Below are positions 10,702-21,177 of a stretch of 64,000 bases of DNA, one piece after another. The DNA is taken from NCBI GenBank assembly GCA_963813025.1, contig CAWEXO010000011.1:128001-192000 (forward strand), read 5' to 3'. Origin of the DNA: an uncultured Verrucomicrobiae bacterium. GTDB taxonomy: Bacteria > Verrucomicrobiota > Verrucomicrobiia > Chthoniobacterales > JAFAMB01. The notes beneath the pieces were generated by a model, which saw nothing but the letters and a program-made list of their open reading frames with translations, did not search any database and was not told the DNA's origin. Numbering within the stretch: the first letter of the stretch is position 1; every line of letters begins with the position of its first letter. The translations under genes were made by a program, and so were the position numbers.

Positions 10702-11356
10702 TGCGGACCGCGCACGGTGACACAAGCGTCAGGGGACTCTCCGGAACCGGCAGCCGCCGAAGCGTCCGCTTGTTGCCGTTGTCGCCTTCCAGCCGTTTCA
10801 CTCGCTCATTGAGCAGAGAAACAACAGTGGTTAGCTTTTGTTCGGTCTCAGCCGTCTGCTTGGCCAGCCCAGCCACTTGACCAGCGAGTTTGTCCTGACT
10901 CCGTCTTTCTGCTTCGATCTCTCTGGCCGATTCTTCGGCCGCTCGGCGGGCCTGAACGATTTGTTGGACTGTTTCGCCAGGCAACGGTGGGGTGCGTACT
11001 CCGGTCTTTTCAGCCCGACAATCGGACCCAGCAGAACTTCCGGACGGCAGCTTGCGGCGAGCGAGTTACCCAGGAGGGCTGTTGTTCGAGCCGATAAATG
11101 GCATGTCGTTCATGCATCATGCTCGAATCGGCCGGATCGACATAACGATTGACCCCATAGACCTTCACTACTCCATTTTGACGAATGCTCCCGTCCGGGC
11201 TTGCCCCGGAATGCTCCCCGTTGCTGGATACTGGGAGGCCGTCCGCGCTACGATTTCCTTACCCAGGCTGCGGAGCCAACGAGGTGGTCTTCGGGGTTGC
11301 GGTGCGGCAGGCGACCAGGATACAGCCGAGCACCAAGACTACCAATAACGATGCAT
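10673..11356 (-). CDS. TraV/VirB7-like T4SS lipoprotein with C-terminal coiled coil (frameshifted; one in-frame TAA near 11260)
   Basis: Manual translation: lipobox ILVAC; VKVYGVNRYVDPADSSMMHERHAIYRLEQQPSW resembles the TraV core pattern; helical tail in ORF 10673..10984. Confidence 0.55.
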
Positions 11357-11358
11357 TT

Positions 11359-12506
11359 TCAATTTGCGTTATGAGTTGTTGCTTCCAATGCCGGAAGCAG
11401 AGGTTTGACCAAGTCTGTCGGATCTACGGGGAGGGCCCGACGGACTTCTTCCCGCAGTTTCTTCCTTTGAAAATCCGCTTCATCTCGAGCGATGCGCTCA
11501 TCGTCTGCGGCCACTTTGGCGCGATCCAGGTCGATCGCTTCCATACAATACAAATAGAACTGCTTGCCCGCCGGAACTCGAAGAAAAAACCATCCCGTTC
11601 GATCGAAGAAGCAATTTGGGAAGCATAACGATCCAGCACCGCCTGAGTGCCTCCCCAGGCGGGATTGACCACACCATTCTGCAAGGCGCTCAACCCAAGG
11701 GAATTGCTATTCGTGTAAACGCGGTTGCCGAGCAGCCCGGACGCACTACTGGAGAAAGCTCCGGCAATACCATTAATCAAAGACGCCGCATACAGCTTGA
11801 TGACATCACTATTTGACGTCCGAATCACATCACCACGTAGTCCGGCGCTACCGTCGGTGATGCCGTAACTATCAATCTGCTCGTCGTGCTCCATGTCGAG
11901 CACCATGGCTCGAACGACAAGTTCACGTCCCAGCCCGCTGGGCTCGTTCAACACAAACGTAAATTCACCGTTGCCCGCGATCCGCTCCCGGACAGTATCG
12001 ACACTCGCCAACCCATGAACCTCCGAGTTAGCCCGAATAATCACCTTGCCGTTCCACCACACGTCTTCGTTTACGAAGCCGATGATCGGCGTAGTAAGAT
12101 TACTGGAGTCCACGGTATTAACCAATTGACATTTGACCATCCGAAACGCCGGGGCATAGTCGGCTTTTGGACCTCGCTCCGGCGCCGGTGCCGGCTGAGG
12201 ATCGGCCGCCAGAATAGTAGAGAAGAAGCGGCTGGATCCGACGTGGATGGGTATTCAGAGGCTGACCGGGTAGCAGCGACGACACTCCGGGATTTTTAAC
12301 CGGTTTAGGCCGTTCGGGCAGAACAGGGTTAAAGTTCCTAATGAGGAGGTCATCGAGTCCGTAATATTACCGGCGTCTCGCAGGATCTCGTCTTGACGCC
12401 GATTAAGACGGCGAACTCCGCCGCGCTGCAAAAGCGCGTAGACAAATACACCGCCCAAACAGGGCGCAGCCGTGCCGCCAACGAACAGCGTGCGACGATT
12501 AATCAT
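11359..12506 (-). CDS. virB10: VirB10/TrbI-like T4SS core protein (frameshifted)
   Basis: N-terminal TM, Pro/Ser linker, then YAPAFRMVKCQLVNTVDSS..PIIGFVNEDVWWNGKVII..G and DGSAGLRG (TrbI beta-barrel pattern). Confidence 0.75.
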
Positions 12507-13556
12507 GTTGAGCCACCTTTTGCTCCTTACCGGACCCGTGGTGAGGAGCGTTTGCGATGACGGGAGAGGGCTCGGTATCGGTCTTGGTGGCCGATTCTCC
12601 GCCGGTTCGTTCGTGGGCGATTGATCGGACGAACCGCAGGCTCTTCGGCATGCTGTCCGGGGGCTCCTGCCATTCTGCGGACACCTTCCGCTGCGGATCG
12701 ATCTCAGCGATCACCTGACGAAGCACGACCTCGAATTTATTCGCCACCGCCAAATCGTTCCGGTTCCCGTCGGCTGAGCCGGTGACAACAAAATAGACAA
12801 TCTGAGATTTTCCGGCCGGCACCAGACCGCCAGCATCGGAGACCGCCTGCGCGTAAACCTCATCCCCAACCCGTGCTCCAAAGCTTTCGGGATCGTAAAG
12901 GAAATCATGATCGGTCGGGTTAATGAGTTCGACTTCAAAGCCAACTGAGTCAAGCGCATCATCCCGCATCACTCGCCTCAGCACGATACCAACTCCGTTG
13001 GCCTCCGTGCGGTTTTCCGGCTCGGCGATCTCGAGATTAGCAAACATTTCGGGAGCGCTGTTCTTTAGAGCCGGAAAACCTTTGACCTTGTCCAGAAACC
13101 CTATCACCCTGGCCGGGGAGGCGACTTTAGTTTTCGCCAGCGTTTCGGCAGGCTTGGTCGAATGCCGGCTCGGGCCTTCATCGAAGATAACAACAAATGA
13201 CGCGTCCGCCGCTTCTTTGCAGAAAAGTGAGTAGACTTTACTGTCGAGTACAACACGTAAGATTACCTTCCGCGCCGGGGTGACACCGCTTTCAGTGAGA
13301 GGAAGTTCGTTCCTTTATTGAAAGAGATCTGGAATAGGTCCGGACCATCGGGCGAAGGGTTCAAAGAAAATCCGTATCCATCAAGAGCTTCGACCTTCAT
13401 AGGGAATTCCATCGTGGTGATTCCCTGGATTCCTACTTGAATTATCGAAGGCTCATTCTGGTTCAGCGAAAGGTGGACGATCTTCGAACTCAGATCAGGC
13501 TGACCGAACGACAAAGCTGGTAAGGTGGCGATCAGGAGCGAAACGATTTTACGCAT
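12499..13556 (-). CDS. VirB9/TraK-like T4SS outer-membrane core protein (frameshift near 13270)
   Basis: Signal peptide, IQVGIQGITTMEFP, NFLSLKA, NLNVVLDSKVY; beta-rich C-terminal domain; position between VirB8-like and VirB10-like genes. Confidence 0.6.
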
Positions 13557-13557
13557 A

Positions 13558-14352
13558 TCATTTCTTCTCAGTGGTCTGGAGTTGTAATTGTTCAGGCGGT
13601 CCGAAGTTATAATCCGTCACCGCAAAGGGGTATCGCCGATTTCTGCCGAGATAAGGATTTCGGACTAACTTCAAATTCAAGGAGACAGGCTGCGGCTGAG
13701 TGATCTGCTCACCGTCTATCTCCGCCTGGATCAACAACTGGCCGACGATGTGGGCGAGGATGGTCCCATTGTCAATCCGCTGCAGATCTAGCCGACCAAT
13801 CTCCAGTTTCTGGTGGATGCTCTTCTTGCGAAATTCGGAAGCTGCCGTTTCGAAGTCTTTCTTTGCCTTCTCGAAGGCTTGCGGAAGAAAAACTCTTTCC
13901 AGGGTTTCGGGCGCATCAAAACCTTGAGGCCCTCGGTCAAGAAACGATTTCGCCGCCCAGTAAGAAATCGACTCGAGGACCTCCCGGCTCTGCTCCGCCG
14001 GCACCAGCGGCGCGATAATCAACGATTCGGTACCGTCCAGAAGGGCTACTTTTTCCGGTTGACGCATAACGCTGACCAGATAAGTCGGAATAATGAGGTG
14101 CGCGACCAGGGAAATCAGCAGGGCCGCCCAAAGAAGGCGGACCTTCTGGCGACCCGAGGCTAGTTGACTGGCAGCGCGATGTCGCTCAACGGCCGCGGCA
14201 GAGTCTGAGATCCGTTTGACCTCCGATTCGATTAATTGCTGGCTGCGCAGCCACGACTCCGGGCCAGTGGGCGCACCATCGGAGGCAGTGATCGGCACCT
14301 CCGGCAAAGCCGGGGATTTGCGATTAACAGCGGCGTTTGGCGACGTACTCAT
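13558..14352 (-). CDS. VirB8/TrbF-like bitopic T4SS protein
   Basis: One TM (LLWAALLISLVAHLIIP), then an NTF2-like periplasmic part ending LVRNPYLGRNRRYPFAVTDY (NP motif). Confidence 0.65.
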   Translation of the reverse strand: MSTSPNAAVNRKSPALPEVPITASDGAPTGPESWLRSQQLIESEVKRISDSAAAVERHRAASQLASGRQKVRLLWAALLISLVAHLIIPTYLVSVMRQPEKVALLDGTESLIIAPLVPAEQSREVLESISYWAAKSFLDRGPQGFDAPETLERVFLPQAFEKAKKDFETAASEFRKKSIHQKLEIGRLDLQRIDNGTILAHIVGQLLIQAEIDGEQITQPQPVSLNLKLVRNPYLGRNRRYPFAVTDYNFGPPEQLQLQTTEKK

Positions 14353-14360
14353 AGCCGGCG

Positions 14361-15490
14361 CTAGTGCCTAATTGCGTAAGTTAGTTATATGTATGGCGAC
14401 TTTCCCCTGATGTACCTGGGATTTGGTCCATTCGAAGGGAGCCGCATTGTTATTGTAGTTCTTGATGAAGGTGTCGATGGCGTTGCGCAGCTCTGCCACG
14501 CTGGTGAAGTTTGCCCCCTGGAGGGCTTGGCGGCTCAAGATACTAAACCAGATCTCAATCTGGTTGAGCCAAGAAGCGTGGGTTGGAGTGAAATGAAAAT
14601 GCACATTGGGGTGAGCCTTCAACCAGCGATCTTGCTTTGGCTTATGGGTCGCAAGGTTGTCTAAGACCACATGAATTTCTTTGTCGAGATTTCCGGCAAC
14701 TACCTGGTTCATAAACTCCAGGAATTCCCGTCGGCGCTGGCGCCGGTAATGACCAGCCTGCACTTGGCCGCTGGCAATGTTGAGGGCGGCAAAGAGAGTG
14801 GAGGTGCCATGGCGCTTGTACTCGTGGCTAAAACCCGTCAGCGCCCTGCCATTGGGCAAGCGAATCCAACCTTGGGCTCTTTCCAGGGCTTGAATGGCTG
14901 GTTTTTCATCAATGGCCAAGATGAGCGCATTCTGGGGCGGATTGAGATAAAGACCGACAATGTCAGCGGCCTTGCGCACAAACTCCGGATCGGTGGAAAT
15001 GCACCAGCTGCGGCGCCGTTCCAATTCAATGCCTTGTTGGCGCAAAATGCGCCAGACTTGATCGGAGGAAACATCGGCCAGACTCTGCGCCAGCAGTCGC
15101 CCATTCCAGCGCCCGTAGCCCGCCGGTGGATCTTCATCCAGCAGCGCCAAGACCCGCTTGACCGTCATTTGATCATACTTGGCCGGCTTTCCACTGCGTG
15201 GCGCGTCTTCCAAGCCAGCCAGGCCTTGGCGCACAAAGCGCCGCCGCCATTTACTCACCGTCACCTCGGGAATGCGCAGGCTCTTGGCAATCGCACGTCC
15301 ACTCAAGCCCGCTGCCGCCTTCAAGATAATCTGACTCCTGACCTTGAGCCGGTGTTCGACCCGTTGCGCTCGACTCCAACCCTCCAAGAGCTTGCGGTTT
15401 TCCACAGAAAGTTTGATGCAACCCATTGCCATCCATCCAACAAATCATAATTTTTCATAAATATAAAGAACTAAAGCAACTAAGTACTAG
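14361..15490 (-). mobile_element. IS630-family insertion sequence, copy 1
   Basis: CTAG at both ends (TA duplication); imperfect terminal inverted repeats CTAGTGCCTAATTGCGTAAGTT / CTAGTACTTAGTTGCTTTAGTT; near-identical copy at 43241. Confidence 0.95.
14368..15432 (-). CDS. IS630-family transposase
   Basis: HTH (KWRRRF..GLAGLEDAPRSG), DEK, HEYKRHGT, LDNL..H, HFTPTHASWLNQIEIWF. Confidence 0.96.
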   Translation of the reverse strand: MAMGCIKLSVENRKLLEGWSRAQRVEHRLKVRSQIILKAAAGLSGRAIAKSLRIPEVTVSKWRRRFVRQGLAGLEDAPRSGKPAKYDQMTVKRVLALLDEDPPAGYGRWNGRLLAQSLADVSSDQVWRILRQQGIELERRRSWCISTDPEFVRKAADIVGLYLNPPQNALILAIDEKPAIQALERAQGWIRLPNGRALTGFSHEYKRHGTSTLFAALNIASGQVQAGHYRRQRRREFLEFMNQVVAGNLDKEIHVVLDNLATHKPKQDRWLKAHPNVHFHFTPTHASWLNQIEIWFSILSRQALQGANFTSVAELRNAIDTFIKNYNNNAAPFEWTKSQVHQGKVAIHITNLRN

Positions 15491-17031
15491 TCCCACATGT
15501 ACTGTTGGGCTCGATTCGAAGAATTTGTGACGCGTCCGTTCCGCTTAGTTAGCGCGCCGAAGGAACTCAGACCGTGGGCTGCGCCGACGGAATCTCCGGC
15601 GGCGTGCGCAGTGAGTGAGCCCAATGAACCCATCAAGTTTCCCCCGACCGATGTCAAGGAGTCGGCCGTGTCGAGGGGGGCCGCCAAGGCATCGGCCGCA
15701 CCAGTAATTATCCCGCCCACCAGGTTCTTCGCCTTGGAAGAAGACGATGTTCGCCCACCCCTCGAACCGCCCCGATTCCCGGGGAACTCTGTCCTAGCCA
15801 GACCTGAAGCGAACGCTCGACCATCGGCCAACGCCGGCAATCCTCGATCCTGGCCGACAGAGTTCGCTGCGCCGGCTTGAGAGTTCTTTGCCCCAAAGAG
15901 TCCACGACCGAAACCATTGACCATGTTCGACAATCCGCCCCCGACCTGACGAATCCCCGCGGCGACAGTTGAGGCGATCCCGCTATAGGCCGCGCCGGTC
16001 AGTGGACCGGTGGCCGCGAGCATGGACCCGGCGAAGCCCTGTAGTGCTGCTCCGCCGTGCGTAACGATCTTTTGCGCATAAAAGGGTGCCAGAAAATGAC
16101 CGATCAAGGTCCAGAAGAAAATCGGAATAATGGCGATAAGACCCAGCAAGATCGAGCCCAAATTGAGCGGATCGATCTGGGACATTCCGTCGAGTAGCCC
16201 GACCGTGATGATGTTGACAAAGACCCAGCCCACCGGCCAGCAATACGCCCCGACCAGGGTTTTCAGATACAGCACGCCTTGCGAGCGCAGCGAGTGAACG
16301 GTCAGCTCGGCTAATCCGATGGGCAGGTAGATTGAAAGAAAAATGAGAATAACTTGCTGGAGCAGCTGCATCAACCGCACTACAAAATCGCACGAGCGAA
16401 AAAGCAGGAGCACCAGCCATAGCAGCAGATTGCGGACGAAGCCCATCGCCCATTCAAACGACCCTGAATGCATCAGTTGCCAGGCAAACCAAGCGTTGAA
16501 TTGCAAGATTGAAGGTGACTTATCATTTGATTGACTGCTGTTCGGGCCGGTTGGGGTTTCGTTCGAGTTCGTCGTGTTTTGCGGGTTCGGATATTTCCTG
16601 TTCAGAACATCATCGATCATCGCCAGATCTGGTTGCAGGGTGTATTGAAACATCACTGGCTTGCCGGTACTCGTTAGCTGCATCTGCGTCGCTACCGTCG
16701 ATTTGGTAATTCCGTTCGCGGCCTGATCCAGCCAGTTTCTCCAGGTCTTCCCGCCAAAGATGAGGCTGGTGATAAGCATTAGACGAAGGACTGTTCCAAA
16801 AAAGTGGCGTTGATCCGCTCGTAGAAAATTCTGGACAGCGCTTACCACCAGCAGAACGAACGCGATGACAAGACTGATTTCCGCCAGGTTGTCGGCAAAG
16901 TTTTGTGCCGTGTCTATTACCTTCTGGACATCCAGAAAACCCGTGAAAGCGGACCCGGACCCGGTACCAGGCAAAGGACTGGGCGCCGTGGTTGCGGCAA
17001 ACAAAAAGAAACCCTGGATTCCGGCAAACAT
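15487..17031 (-). CDS. VirB6/TrbL-like polytopic T4SS membrane protein
   Basis: Several TMs, LPIGLAELT, WPVGW, Gly/Ala-rich tail typical of TrbL; follows the VirB5-like gene. True start may be ATG 17092 via a frameshift. Confidence 0.65.
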   Translation of the reverse strand: MFAGIQGFFLFAATTAPSPLPGTGSGSAFTGFLDVQKVIDTAQNFADNLAEISLVIAFVLLVVSAVQNFLRADQRHFFGTVLRLMLITSLIFGGKTWRNWLDQAANGITKSTVATQMQLTSTGKPVMFQYTLQPDLAMIDDVLNRKYPNPQNTTNSNETPTGPNSSQSNDKSPSILQFNAWFAWQLMHSGSFEWAMGFVRNLLLWLVLLLFRSCDFVVRLMQLLQQVILIFLSIYLPIGLAELTVHSLRSQGVLYLKTLVGAYCWPVGWVFVNIITVGLLDGMSQIDPLNLGSILLGLIAIIPIFFWTLIGHFLAPFYAQKIVTHGGAALQGFAGSMLAATGPLTGAAYSGIASTVAAGIRQVGGGLSNMVNGFGRGLFGAKNSQAGAANSVGQDRGLPALADGRAFASGLARTEFPGNRGGSRGGRTSSSSKAKNLVGGIITGAADALAAPLDTADSLTSVGGNLMGSLGSLTAHAAGDSVGAAHGLSSFGALTKRNGRVTNSSNRAQQYMWD

Positions 17032-17127
17032 CTTTCTTCAGTACAATCGATAGATTTTTTCCTAATGGGCTTCCGGTCTGCCTGCTCGTCATTGGCAGAG
17101 CTCCCGCGTCACTTCTGGAAGACTCTT

Positions 17128-17979
17128 TCAGCGCCCCGACAGCTCAGGGGCACTCTGGAAAAATTGATGTCCGCCGTTTAATAGCGTTGCCGTGTCGCTG
17201 GCAAAACCCTGAGCAGCTTGCTGCTTCGCTGCCAATGCTTGTCGCGCCTCGTCGTTCTGGTTCGCGGCCTGCTGGACCAGGACTTTCATAGCCGTGGCAT
17301 GAAGGCGGGACGACCAGTTGTCAAGACTGCCTTGCACCGCTTCAAGCTTTGCCTGCCATTTTTCTGTTTCCACCAGGGAGCCGGCCGCGTTCAACTGCTG
17401 CAAGCTCTGGTGTTTTTCCTGCTGCAACCGGGCAAGGGACTCATTGGCTGATAGCATCTCAGTATTATAAGATTCGTACAAGTCCTGCACCGCGCCGAAT
17501 CGTTTGAAACTGTTCGCATCGAATTGAACCTTCTGACCGAATCGATCCGGCAGGTTTGATAAATCGTCGTACAACCCTCCTGCCGTATTTTTTAACGCCA
17601 TGACTCCGTTGGCCGTTATTCGTATTTCGCCTATTGTCTGTCCGACTCCGCTCTTGATCTTGTTTACATCGGCCAGCAATGCATCGAGTCCGAGCATGTT
17701 TGTATAGTAGTCCGGGCTGCCGAAACGCTTGAGCGCTTCCGTACTCTGATTAATGACCTGCGTCAGTTGTTGGATTTGTTGAGCCTGTTTATTGATCATC
17801 TCACTGTATTTGGCTACGTCCTGTGCGTGATACCCGGCTTCCTTTACCTGGCCAATCGTTTGTTGAAGGATGTTGAGGACGGTGTGGATCGGGTCATGAA
17901 CGGTCGTGGCTTTCCCTTGATCCAACCCGGCTAAAGCCATTAGGAAGATCGCCGCTGAAAGGCCGCCCTTATTCGACAA
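17128..17979 (-). CDS. VirB5/TrbJ-like secreted helical protein
   Basis: Signal peptide, then TVHDP and Gln-rich coiled coils (QAQQIQQLTQ); probable TTG start overlapping the upstream stop. Confidence 0.65.
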   Translation of the reverse strand: MSNKGGLSAAIFLMALAGLDQGKATTVHDPIHTVLNILQQTIGQVKEAGYHAQDVAKYSEMINKQAQQIQQLTQVINQSTEALKRFGSPDYYTNMLGLDALLADVNKIKSGVGQTIGEIRITANGVMALKNTAGGLYDDLSNLPDRFGQKVQFDANSFKRFGAVQDLYESYNTEMLSANESLARLQQEKHQSLQQLNAAGSLVETEKWQAKLEAVQGSLDNWSSRLHATAMKVLVQQAANQNDEARQALAAKQQAAQGFASDTATLLNGGHQFFQSAPELSGR

Positions 17980-18331
17980 TTGGAATCGTGATTTCACGAG
18001 AAACCCGGATAACCCCAGTACCGTCTTCATGTTCCGGCACGGTCGCGTTGTAATAACGAATATGGCCTTCATCAGTTTGCTGACTTGTTCTTTGGTTTTG
18101 TTGCTGCGCCCAATAGCTGCGTTTGATCTGGTCCGAAACACCTTTGGTGTAGCCTTTCGCAAATTCGATTGGCACCTTTCGCGCGTTCTCACCATCAGCC
18201 AGCAGCGGATCACCTTGGTCGGTCAGCGCTTCCGCTCCTCTTCCTTGCATCGTCTGCTGGCCTTTAGGCACAGTTGGGCCGACGGTGCACCCAGTGGCCA
18301 GCACGGCAATGAACACAAACCACTTCTTCAT
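17969..18331 (-). CDS. Small T4SS-associated lipoprotein
   Basis: MKKWFVFIAVLATGC lipobox; start overlaps the virB4 stop. Confidence 0.75.
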   Translation of the reverse strand: MKKWFVFIAVLATGCTVGPTVPKGQQTMQGRGAEALTDQGDPLLADGENARKVPIEFAKGYTKGVSDQIKRSYWAQQQNQRTSQQTDEGHIRYYNATVPEHEDGTGVIRVSREITIPIVE

Positions 18332-21177
18332 AAGATTGGCTCGGTCGCGCATTCTTCGCTGGCAGCGTCGATCTTCTCCGATTCGGCAATAATCCCGGCA
18401 ACAATATTCCGGTACTGGCTCAGGGTAAGGGTGCGCAGATCAAAGATCTCATTATCACTCGAAGCCGCGTAGAGAAGCTCCCGGGAAGCCACATTCTTAA
18501 CCGTACCGACGAGCCGTCGGTTCTTATCGTTGGCCACGTAGGTAAACGCGCTAAAGCGCTCCCTCGGATCCATCAGCTCGGGCAAGGGATAGTTATGAAT
18601 CGTCTCAACCGCTTTCTCCGACAGACTGAGTGCTTCACCAATATCGCGGGCATCTTCTCTGCTTTGTTGAGACGTAATCAGAAACATCTTTGAGTTTCCG
18701 ATCATCGCGCTGCGAACGGGTGATTGTTTGAGAATGTCGTACTGCTGAACGACAGCCAGGATGTTACAGCCGAACTTGCGCATCTGTCGATAGTACTCCT
18801 GGATCATCTTCACTCCTCCGGGGATATCGAGTGTCCGGGCCGCTTCTTCAAAGATCGCTAGTTTTGGGACGGCACGCGGCATTGAGATAATCTTTTGGCG
18901 CCCGTAATTAGCGACCAGAAAGTTAGCGGCCGCGCGCAATTCGATGGCGTGTTCGGGAATCTGACCTAATTCGAAGTGAGCAACCCGGCCATCAATACGG
19001 ATATTGCTCACTCCGTCAAAAAGCTTTCCGCGCTCACCGTGACGGCTCCATGCTCGCAGCAATTTCCCTACCCGATCGGTTTCCTGACGGTCCCTCTCTC
19101 CGCCGCTTGAACTATAGAGTAGCTGTTCGACCAACGCGTTATGCGTGGGAAACTGCTCGGGTCGGAAATAGGCAAAGGCTAAATCGCGCACAAGCGATGC
19201 CGTCGCCGGATTTTTGGCGAACTCCGCTACTTCATTTTCGTCTTGTGATTGAAGGAAGACATGAGCCTCGTCCGCGCACGCTTTCTCCCAGTCCCGGAAA
19301 GCGGCAAACGCATCGACAAAGTTAAATTGCGAACTTCTCATTTTTGTCCGCAAATACCTGTCGATAGCCGAGGCGCGCCACCGGAGTTCCTCGCCGGCTG
19401 CTTCATGGGCCACTAACCAATCGTGAAAAACATCGGTATAAAGTTGCTGCAGATGTTCCACGATCATCGTTTGGCGGAGCGCTTTCCGTTCATTATCCAA
19501 ACCGTGGTCACCGCAAAAGAGCAGGCAAAGTCCGGCGCTAAAAGCGAGATGCATGGGGGATAGCGGCGACTCGCAGGTGTCAAGGTAATTAATTGTTAAG
19601 TTTCCATTCGGGTTAATCACGACAGGGTTGCACCCCTGCGTCTGAGTAAGAACGCCATGAGAAAGGCCCTCTTCAACAACTAAACGAAAACCGAATCGGT
19701 GCCCGATCTGGGCCAGCAGGTCACCGATAATAACCGACTTACCAGCGCCCGTCATACCAAAGACCACGCCGTGCTGCGGAGTGTTTCCCAAGCGGGTCTT
19801 GATCCCCACCAGGTTACCCCGGGCGCCATTGTAAATGGCTTCCGCTCCGTCCAAATGGCCGGTAAAGGTCGCCGACCAGGGTATCAGATCGGCAAGATAG
19901 GCGTCTTCCGCTGGCAGATCGAACTCCCGATAGGTGCCGCAGGTCCAGCCGGGCCAGGTCTGGTAGAATAGTTGGCGGGCGTTTTCCGGAATGATTGCGT
20001 GATGAACCACGGCACCGCCCATCGCGATAAACGCGTTCCGCATCGCGACACAACGAGCCGCCAGCGCGTCGGGATTCTGATGCCACAATCGAACAACGTA
20101 AAGGCAATCAAGGGGAATAACTTTGCCTTGCTGGATTTCGTGTACCTTCTCCTGTTTCGCGATCAGATCGGCGACTAACGACTGCTTTCGCTCGGAAGCG
20201 GCATCGATCTGGAGTCGTTGAATATGGCCCTCCTCGCGTTCGATGACTCGATCGATCGCTTTCGGGTAAACGTTGAGGGTAATTCCGTACTCTTGAAAGC
20301 CCATGCCGGTCAACGCCGTGACGATCCCGGGGAACGTTCGCCGAGGCCATTGGCGAACCGCGAAAATCGCGTGGTGATAGGAGCCGAGTGTAAAAGAGAC
20401 ACCAGGAAGATGTGACGGGCTGATGCCATCGGTATGGAGGCAGTTCTGCTGGATGGAAACGCCGGGATCGAAAAGCTCTATCGGATTGATCTCGGTCACG
20501 CCGAAGTTGGTGTTCAGGAACCGGTAATAAAAGAGAAAATGATCTCGATCAGAAAGCGGCGCTGTCCGGCAATCCGCGAACAAGCGGTTCAAAGTTCCGA
20601 GACCAAAATCGAGCAGCGCCCGACTTTCTTTGCGGGCCAGCGTATCGAAATACTCGGTCAAAACTCGCGGAGTCGTCAGCGGGGCGTGCGTCTCAATGGT
20701 ACGAGTAACAAAAACCGTCAGCCGTTCCCGGCGGAGGCGCCCTTCTTCCATCGCCGCTTTATAACGTTCGTAACGTTCCGCTCTGACCAGCACACCAAAC
20801 TGCCCGTAAACCGGGTCTTTCCGCCGAATCGAGAGTGTCTCCCGGTGATATTGATCGAGTTCGTGTCGATAGTCGCTGTCGATACTCCACTGGAATTGCA
20901 AACTGTGTTCTTCACCCATCGTGCCAACGAGAATACGGAGCCGCTCGTGAAGATCGTTGAGCTGGGTCACGCTGAAAGTGTTCACCTCGCCCGGCTCGAC
21001 GCTGAATCCGCGGGAAATCGCGGTTCGCCGGGAAGCGCCGTCGCCGAACCAGAGCAGGTCATGCAGGAAGAAACCATTCGGCATGCCGTGCCGCAACACG
21101 CGCGAGCTCGGTGCGCCCCGCCTCCCGGTCATCCGGCAGGCAATCGTACTCCCCAGATTGACAAGGGGTTGGATCAT
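18328..21177 (-). CDS. virB4: VirB4-family T4SS ATPase
   Basis: 949 aa; HGVVFGMTGAGKS (Walker A), INYLD, GKLFDG, LAIFEEA (Walker B), RQMRKFG, VVQQ. Confidence 0.9.
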   Translation of the reverse strand: MIQPLVNLGSTIACRMTGRRGAPSSRVLRHGMPNGFFLHDLLWFGDGASRRTAISRGFSVEPGEVNTFSVTQLNDLHERLRILVGTMGEEHSLQFQWSIDSDYRHELDQYHRETLSIRRKDPVYGQFGVLVRAERYERYKAAMEEGRLRRERLTVFVTRTIETHAPLTTPRVLTEYFDTLARKESRALLDFGLGTLNRLFADCRTAPLSDRDHFLFYYRFLNTNFGVTEINPIELFDPGVSIQQNCLHTDGISPSHLPGVSFTLGSYHHAIFAVRQWPRRTFPGIVTALTGMGFQEYGITLNVYPKAIDRVIEREEGHIQRLQIDAASERKQSLVADLIAKQEKVHEIQQGKVIPLDCLYVVRLWHQNPDALAARCVAMRNAFIAMGGAVVHHAIIPENARQLFYQTWPGWTCGTYREFDLPAEDAYLADLIPWSATFTGHLDGAEAIYNGARGNLVGIKTRLGNTPQHGVVFGMTGAGKSVIIGDLLAQIGHRFGFRLVVEEGLSHGVLTQTQGCNPVVINPNGNLTINYLDTCESPLSPMHLAFSAGLCLLFCGDHGLDNERKALRQTMIVEHLQQLYTDVFHDWLVAHEAAGEELRWRASAIDRYLRTKMRSSQFNFVDAFAAFRDWEKACADEAHVFLQSQDENEVAEFAKNPATASLVRDLAFAYFRPEQFPTHNALVEQLLYSSSGGERDRQETDRVGKLLRAWSRHGERGKLFDGVSNIRIDGRVAHFELGQIPEHAIELRAAANFLVANYGRQKIISMPRAVPKLAIFEEAARTLDIPGGVKMIQEYYRQMRKFGCNILAVVQQYDILKQSPVRSAMIGNSKMFLITSQQSREDARDIGEALSLSEKAVETIHNYPLPELMDPRERFSAFTYVANDKNRRLVGTVKNVASRELLYAASSDNEIFDLRTLTLSQYRNIVAGIIAESEKIDAASEECATEPIL

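Noticed and set aside
14671..15450. 259-aa plus-strand ORF, repeated at 43551-44330
   Set aside because: Antisense to the IS630 transposase; repeated only because the IS is duplicated.
17980..18213. N-terminal extension of the 361-aa VirB5-like ORF
   Set aside because: Overlaps the lipoprotein gene in another frame; the signal peptide begins near 17979.
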